From Octopus vulgaris (taxonomy: Eukaryota): DNA of 64,000 nt. Location: positions 114,390,001-114,454,000 of the forward strand of contig OX597823.1 in NCBI GenBank assembly GCA_951406725.2. Direction: 5' to 3'. A program made the translations under genes and the position numbers. The notes below the pieces were generated by a model. That model was not told the origin of the DNA. It was given only the letters and a program-made list of their open reading frames with translations, and did not search any database. Position 1 is the first letter of the stretch; each line of letters opens with the position of its first letter. Shown in pieces: positions 55,860-64,000 of the stretch.

Positions 55860-56780
55860 TATGAGGTTTTGGCCAAAGAGGAAACGAAAGGCGAAAGGGA
55901 AGCGACAGATATTCGCAATGGACTCAACCGATAACTGCATCTGTTCCATACTCGTCATTGCCAGTAATGACCTGGCAATGGACAATACATTTTCTAAAAG
56001 CCTCGTCTAACTTCTTAACTAGCCCTGTCTCTACTCTGTTTCCTTCTACTGCTAGTCTTTTGCTAAAACTTATCGATTCTAATCCAAGCGCCCTTTTCAG
56101 TGCCAACCACCATTTGTTGTTGATTATTTCCCCCGTCAACCACCTCTTAACTAGTTCACTAATCCGATTACTGAAATATTTACGCGCCCGCAACGACGTG
56201 TTAAGATTCCCATAACCAGGTCCCTGTCAAAGAAGCCTAAGTCGACTGTACAGATCTTGAACTTATGGTCTGTGTAGTTGACTATACTTTAAAGTGTGGG
56301 CAATCTATGCTATCCTTATCTGTTACTCTACAGAATAACTTCTCTACATAAGATCTGGACGACCAAATGCGGTTTGACCAGGTCCAGACTGGCATAATCG
56401 CGAAATCCAGTCGATACCTGTTTGACAGTTGGAATAGTCTGAGCAGGTTTCGGAGGCATTTGCAACCTCCTCTTCTATCTGCTAAAACTACAGAGGGATC
56501 TGGTCCAAGATGAGATCCACATTCTTTTGTGTCTTTTGTATAAGGAGTTCTATGGTCATCCTGGACCAGTTCTCCTTTTTGGTCTCATAGGCTTCGGAGA
56601 TTTTCGAGTTTTCCTCGATGTGTATCGTCAGGGCAGCAATTAGCCAAGGATTTGCAATTTCAGGCGGCACAGTAGAAAAGAACTAACAACAGTTCCTCGC
56701 TTTTGAAGGGATTCAGAGAGTAATGCTTGGCTTCTTCGTCGGTGTAGAGTCGAACAGCCACTATTGCATAGGCCCTTCCT
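55860..56780 (-). mobile_element. Probable degenerate retroelement ORF1/gag-like relic
   Basis: Protein-like broken ORFs, e.g. PPEIANPWLIAALTIHIEENSKISEAYETKKENWSRMTIELLIQ, with higher GC than the flanks. Family assignment is from recollection only. Confidence 0.35.
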
Positions 56781-57673
56781 TCTATAATAATAAATGCCAA
56801 ATCGAATTTCTGTGTGTCACTGTGTCATACTTTGACCCTCTCTCTCATTATTCAATGACACTTCTTCTACTCCACTTGCTTGGATGAGTGTAATAGTAGG
56901 CACACAGACGGTGAGGGCTGTAGTAGATTGACAGTTGAAATAGTAATGGGGTGATAGTAAGAGTAAGAGATGTAGTTGTGATAGAGGCAGAGGCGACGGC
57001 GATGATGGTGGTAGAGGTGGTGGTAGCTGAGGCGATCAAGCATGACGGTGATAGTAAGGAATGTGAAAGACAGTGGTGGTGGTGGTGGAGGGAAAGGCGG
57101 CGAAGTCAAAAGTGTTGATGATGGTAGTGGTATCAGAAGTCTGAATGGTGTGTGTATGGCAGTTGTGGTGGTGATGATGGTGGTATTGGTGATGATGATG
57201 GTCGAAAACAATCAACAGAAAGAAAGATGTTAGACAGAAAAAAGATTTTACTACCCACGAATGAGAAGATAGAAAATGTTTATCATGAAGCTCTGTTCTA
57301 ATTCAACAGATTATATCATCTATTCTTTTGACGAAAATTGTTCATTACTTGAAAAATATTGGTCAAGTTTAATAAAATTTAATATGTACTCGATGCATGA
57401 AGTTTCATTATTAGGCTTAACGCCCAAAGAAGAGCCCTCCGCACGAGTAGCTCAAAATCCGTCCGATAGAGGGCGGCTTTTAAGCAAACCCTGTAGGTAT
57501 TCCTGTACATACCAGACGGAACCTAAAGCTTTTTGTATTTGAGCCTTTGTGGTTCTTTCCACAGTATTTCATTTTAAACTGATTATGCGTTACGTTAATG
57601 TTCGGCGTATGGTATCCTGAATTGTCTCGGGGGTGGTATTTAACTTTACAGCTGTTTCGTCTCTCCCTACAAG

Positions 57674-58036
57674 TTATCTCGAATTGTTAAGTTCCGCTTC
57701 AGAGAATTGTTTTCTCTGAAAAGATGACTTGGTTGCTACAGCGAAAAGCAGTTTAGAAGCGGTATTCCAAGTCGTTGCACCGGTTTGTGTCTCAGATCCT
57801 TCATTGCTTTTGTCATTGTTGTCGCTGTTGTTGCTACCGATGTTGTTGTTGTTGTCGTCGTCATCGTAATCGCTGTTGATGCTGTTGTTGTTGTTGTGGT
57901 TGATGATGGTGGTGCTGATGTTGTTGTTGCTGTTGTTACTTGTACTCAGCTCGTCCGTTGCTTCGCTCACGAAAAGGTTCTCATCGTTTACAGTTTCAAA
58001 ATTGCTATTTTCATTTCGAACAATGTTGTTAAACAT
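57674..58036 (-). CDS. Candidate host-gene coding segment, Asn/Ser/Asp-rich, 120 aa
   Basis: ATG in gcctccATGt context, non-repetitive ends (TWNTASKLLFAVATKSSFQRKQF) around mixed low-complexity codons, CpG-richer upstream region. No recognisable domain and no obvious splice donor. Confidence 0.3.
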   Translation of the reverse strand: MFNNIVRNENSNFETVNDENLFVSEATDELSTSNNSNNNISTTIINHNNNNSINSDYDDDDNNNNIGSNNSDNNDKSNEGSETQTGATTWNTASKLLFAVATKSSFQRKQFSEAELNNSR

Positions 58037-58467
58037 GGAGGCTTTGATTTTCCAAAGATTTTCTAAGAGATCCTTTTCGAAAAAATTGGTTCCGTTGGTC
58101 TTTTTGTCCTTTTTTTCGACAAAAATACATCGATCGTCTGTTCATTTTTTTTCGAACCGAAGTCGCTTCGCACGCTCACAATCTTTCATTGACCTTTGGC
58201 GACGCTCCTCATTCCCTCCCCTTCTTTCAAATATGAGCGTCACCGTGTTCTGTTGCGTTTACTCCATGTTGGTGGAGAAAATACAAACAACTATCATTAC
58301 AAAACAAAATCAATTGACAAAACAGGAAAATAAACTCACCAATCGGCAGCAAATAACTTACTGTGCACGACGGCATAAACCTGAAGGGTACAACTACACT
58401 ATTTTGTGCTTTGTTCCTTATAAAATCTACGGTGCGAAGTCAAGCGAGGCTTGCTAGTTTGACGGCC

Positions 58468-58545
<78 letters not shown>

Positions 58546-58546
<1 letters not shown>

Positions 58547-58840
58547 TAAAAATGGCAGAAATTCAAAAGATAGTGCTCATAGGAACTGATCATATCCTAC
58601 GCAAAATACTTTCTTCGTAATCTCAAGTTTTAAAACAAACATAATTTTCGTATGGTTTATTTAGACGTTCACTAGTATAACGCTATAACACTAAGTACAA
58701 AACCAAATATATGGCATCCTAGGCATAACACCAACACGAACTTCCAGCTTGTTGTCTCTTGAAGTCTCTTGAGGTCTCTGGGTGAGACTTGGAGTCAGCT
58801 TGTACAAATGTAAAGCAAAAGTATAGAATAAAAAATAATA

Positions 58841-58842
<2 letters not shown>
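58546..58842 (+). mobile_element. 5'-truncated Dong/R4-like non-LTR element (ORF end plus 3' UTR) in a (TAA)n tract
   Basis: MAEIQKIVLIGTDHILRKILSS* matches the QK..LLGTAHILRK.L C-terminus of RLE-type LINEs. (AAT)n flanks both sides (58468-58545, 58843-58902). Confidence 0.7.
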
Positions 58843-58905
<63 letters not shown>

Positions 58906-59150
58906 TCCAAAATATAACAAAAATGCATTTCCATAGAAATTTTAGGGAAGTACTTAAGAGATTCGAATGCATCCCATCGAAATTAGACAGCGTCTAGGTC
59001 TATAATATTTTATGCAAACGGTATAATACACGAAGATGAATCAACACTTAGGCACACAAACTCGCACACACACATACCGGTCTGTTTTTATGTGTCCCCC
59101 CCTGCCTGCTTTTCCTGCTCTCTTCTAACATATATATTATGGATGCATGC

Positions 59151-59187
<37 letters not shown>

Positions 59188-59594
59188 CATGTATGTATAT
59201 GTATATAGATGTGTGTGTGTTTGTATGTACATGTATATATATATGTGTGTGTGTATACATACATATATGTATGTATGTATATATATATGTATATATATAT
59301 ATATATATATGTATGTATACATTAAGAGAGATACATGAATCTGCATACAGTTACAAATTTCGTGCAATTAGTCGACAATCATGAAGTACTGTACGTCTTT
59401 ATACTTTAAACATATTCAAAGAGCAAGATATATATTTCTATAAGATTAATTATACCTATACATATGTAGATCAAGTTGCATTGATTATCTTTTGTTCCAC
59501 TCCTTACGTTGATGTTGCTTGCCAACATGCAAAACGCACGCACAGCAGCTATCGCATACACATACATGCACCCAGATACGGACACGCAAGCTAC

Positions 59595-60142
<548 letters not shown>

Positions 60143-60767
60143 GTACATACATTATACCGAAAGCTACCCACATTCGTAGTCACAAAGATTTTATACGTCC
60201 TACTTCTTTACTAGATACAAACAAGAAGTTATTGCTCATGAATGAAATAGTGGCCGCCATATTGAAACAGCTATTGCTTGTTTTTTATTCATTTCTGTAT
60301 CTGTGGTAGTTAAGGGAAACTGTTTGATATAACTGCGTAGGTTATTGCGTAATGACTTATTCGACTATAACTCTAAGACTTCTATTGTAGACGTAGTTAT
60401 AACTGAAAAACATTATGTGTAGGGGTTTGGCCGAAACATATCTGTTATCTAAGCCATGTACATGACAATGCAATGAGGCATCTATGTATATATGATAAGG
60501 CAGAAATAGTTATAGCTGTGTATATGTTATACAGAACCGTTAAAACTGTGTAGAAGATATGTGACAGTTATAGCTATATTTGATAATGTAGTTGATAACG
60601 CAGGCAGTTGCAAATGCGTTGATGGTTGCATAGAGAGATCTTTTACTCTTTAGAGGATATAGGCAATATACGATGACCGTGCCAACACAAATCTAATGAT
60701 GCGTGTGCATGTGCGTGCATACTTGTACATGTGGTACATATTACATGGAAAAATTTAGTTTTACCCC

Positions 60768-61172
60768 TTGGTTCCAGGCTCCGACCCGCAGCGTGAAAAT
60801 TTGGACAAGTATTTGGTGTTATAGCCTCGCATTCACGAAAGCTTCGTAGTGGACTTGATAGAGATAGTAATTGAAAGAAGTCCTTCGTATATATGTATAT
60901 ATATATATATATATACTTTCTTTTTATTCTTTTTATTTGTTTCAGTCAATTGACTACGGCCATGCTGGTGCAATACCTTTAGTCGAGGAAATCGACCCCG
61001 TGACTTATTCTTTGTAAGCCAAGTGCTTATTCTATCGTCTCTTTTACCGAACCGCTAAGTTACGGGGACGTAAACACACCAACATCAGTTGTCAATCGAT
61101 CTGCGAGGGCAAACACAAACACAGAAACATATACATACACACGCACACACACACACGCATACACACAAACAT

Positions 61173-61215
<43 letters not shown>

Positions 61216-61377
61216 CGACGGGCTACTTGCAGTTTCCGCCTACGAAATCCACACACAAGGCTTTATGTCCACCCGAGGCTACAGTAGAAGACACTTATCC
61301 AAGACGCCACGGAATGGAACTAAACCTGTAACCATGTGTTTGGTAAGCAAGCTACTTAACACACAGCCACTCGTGCG

Positions 61378-61427
<50 letters not shown>

Positions 61428-61640
61428 AGTATTTGTCTCCTCACCATCTCTTCACAACCGGTGTTGTTGTGTTTACGTCCCCGTAAACTAGTGGTTCGGC
61501 AAAGCGGCCGATTGAATTAGTACCAGGCTTAGAATGAAGAATAAATCATATCTAATTACTTGGGTCGATTCGCTTGACTAAATTCCTTAATGGTGCTGCC
61601 CCAACATGGTCGCAGTCTAATGACTGAAACAAGTTAAAGC
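60768..61640 (+). mobile_element. Older SINE family B copy split by the nested insertion
   Basis: Head and CORE half at 60768-60890, tail half at 61425-61640. Confidence 0.7.
60917..61380 (-). mobile_element. SINE family B nested in an older copy
   Basis: Full-length minus-strand copy with (TA)n on both sides. Confidence 0.85.
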
Positions 61641-62514
61641 TTAAAAGCATTCGATTTATACACTAAATGTTACAATTCGAGGGAACTCTGTAGTGAGATT
61701 TAATACGATGCTTTGACGGATTACGAGTGGAGATTCACCTCAGAATATTCTAAGAAATTCATGGTATTCTAACCTGTTTTTAAAGATATTATATACTCGT
61801 CTAGGTTCATGTTGACTATTTTTAAGTCTCAGTAATAAGTCTCGAAAGATGAGGATATAGGTTACCAGCAACCATTTTTAGGTACATTTACGACTGAGAT
61901 ATAATTTGTGTCTGTAGATGTATGATGTATGTGGGGTTTTTTTTTGTAATTGTGTGTTTGTTTGTGTATACATATACATACACACACACACACACACACA
62001 CACATGTATATATATATATATTTATATATATATATATATATACACACATGTGTACAAAAGTGAATTTGAGAATTCGTGTGGTTTGGTATATCATATCAAA
62101 TATTTTAGGTGCGGTGTAGTCTTGAGTCAACGATATTAGCTAAAATGGAAGCTATGTCGTATGAGAACATTCAAATAAGAGACTGAGTAATGATAGTTAC
62201 GTACGCTAGGGCGAATGTAGCGCTAGTGTTGATAGTGGCGGGGAGGTTAGGTACAGTTTTCTTGTCGTTGCTTGTTGTTGCTGATGCTGTAGCTTTGAGC
62301 TTGGGTGTATCTTGGATGAGATGTTGTCAGCAGGTTACTTGGTGCGTGATGGGGGGGGGAGGAAGGCAATAAAGACGTAAGTATCGTGCAGCATGGAAGT
62401 TAGAAATACGTTGTAGAACTCTCGAAAACATATTCTCAATAAAAGAAATAGCATTAACGATAATATTTGCACCAACAACAACAATTATTATTAAAAAAAT
62501 AGCAATAATTTTAA

Positions 62515-62536
62515 TGATGACGATGGTGATGATAAC

Positions 62537-62608
<72 letters not shown>

Positions 62609-62750
62609 GGTGGTGATGATGGTGATGGTGGTGGTGGTGGTAGTAGTAGTGGTGGTGGTGGTGGTAGTAGTAGTAGTAGTGGTGGTGGTGGTGGTGGTGG
62701 TAGTGGTAGTAGTAGTAGTAGTAGCAGTAGTGGTGGTGGTGGTGGTGGTG

Positions 62751-62821
<71 letters not shown>

Positions 62822-62831
62822 GGTGGTAGTG

Positions 62832-62863
<32 letters not shown>

Positions 62864-62945
62864 GGTGGTGGTGGTGGTGGTGGTGGTAGTGGTAGTAGTA
62901 GTAGTAGTGGTGGTGGTGGTGGTGGTGGTAGTGGTCGTGGTAGTG

Positions 62946-62983
<38 letters not shown>

Positions 62984-63068
62984 GGCGGTGGTGGTAGTAG
63001 TAGTAGTAGTAGTGGTGGTGGTGGTGGCGGTGGTGGTAGTAGTAGTAGTAGTAGTGGTGGTGGTGGTG

Positions 63069-63116
<48 letters not shown>

Positions 63117-63122
63117 ATGATG
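62515..63122. repeat. Mixed (GTA)n/(GTG)n triplet array
   Basis: About 600 bp of in-phase GTA/GTG blocks. Confidence 0.97.
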
Positions 63123-63427
63123 ATATAATAATATTTTAAAAGTATTGACGTAACCTTTCACAAAAGTAAACAGACAAGAGGAAGAGCAGGATGGGATTGC
63201 AAAAGATATTTCATTGGTTGAACGACATTTCCACAGCGAGGCTGACTTTGTCGAGTTAAAAATAATAAAATTATAGAAATTCAAATCCAAAATAGGAACG
63301 AGAACAACACGCTGGAATGACATCTTGAGTCTTGAAGTTTCGTTTTTATAACCGGCGAAAAGAAAAAGACTGTGAAAAGCTGAAGAAAGGAAAGGAAAAA
63401 ATAAAAAAAATAAGAAGTTACTTTTCG

Positions 63428-63836
63428 AGGTGCAGGAGTGGCTGTGTGGTAAGTAGCTTGCTAACCAGCCACATGGTTCCGAGTTCAGTCCCACTGCGTG
63501 GCATCTGGGGCAAGTGTCTTCTGCTATAGCCCCGAGCCGACCAATGCCTTGTGAGTGGATTTGGTCGACGGAAACTGAAAGAAGCCTGTCGTATATATGT
63601 ATATATAAGTGTGTGTGTGTATGTTTGTGTGTCTGTGTTTGTCCCCCTAGCATTGCTTGACAACCGATGCTGGTATGTTTACGTCCCCGTCACTTAGCGG
63701 TTCGGCAAAAAAGACCGATAGAATAAGTACTGGGCTTACAAAGAATAAGTCCCGGGGTCGATTTGCTCGACTAAATGTGGTGCTCCAGCATGGCCGCAGA
63801 CAAATGACTGAAACAAGTAAAAGAGTAAAAGAGTAA
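63428..63836 (+). mobile_element. SINE family B, full length
   Basis: aggtgcaggagtggctgtgtggtaag...gagttcagtccc...aaacaagtaaaagagtaaaagagtaa. Confidence 0.88.
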
Positions 63837-64000
63837 GTATATGTAATCAAACAGTTTTGTGTAAATTTGATAAACATTCTCCTGTCATTTTATTTATTCC
63901 TACAGGGCGTGATGTTAATAACCCGCAAACATTGGTCTCCTCGTGCAGTTTGAGTATTGAAAGTGTGGCAGATACAGAATATTTTCTGAGAATATGCTTT

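Noticed and set aside
57643-57710. Minus-strand GAAACAGCTGTA resembling hammerhead stem III
   Set aside because: Upstream core reads CTGAAGC and no stem II pairing was found.
62511-63653. 380-aa His/Tyr-rich ORF and 204-aa poly-Val ORF
   Set aside because: Triplet repeat read-through joined to an antisense SINE B; no coding signature.

Overview
Eukaryotic, AT-rich, microsatellite-dense intronic or intergenic DNA. The SINE and microsatellite repertoire looks like a cephalopod (Octopus-type) genome; this is inference from recall, not a search. Most ORFs in the track are microsatellite or SINE artefacts. The only convincing intact CDS is a Tc1 (DD34E) transposase (46871-47887) inside ~220-bp IR/DR-type terminal inverted repeats (TIRs). 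Also present: two mariner relics, two RTE-LINE relics, a Dong/R4-like 3' end in a (TAA)n tract, hAT, Merlin-like and Helitron non-autonomous elements, and many tRNA-derived SINEs. The most interesting signal is four unrelated short repeats that each fold into a minimal type I hammerhead ribozyme (15900-15945 +, 15215-15273 -, 31783-31819 -, 49713-49748 +), three with non-canonical cores. One sits downstream of a tRNA-like Pol III head in an inverted-repeat layout typical of Penelope-like elements. A SINE family also forms tandem multimers with the same junction at independent loci. Host-gene exons are only weak candidates on the minus strand.
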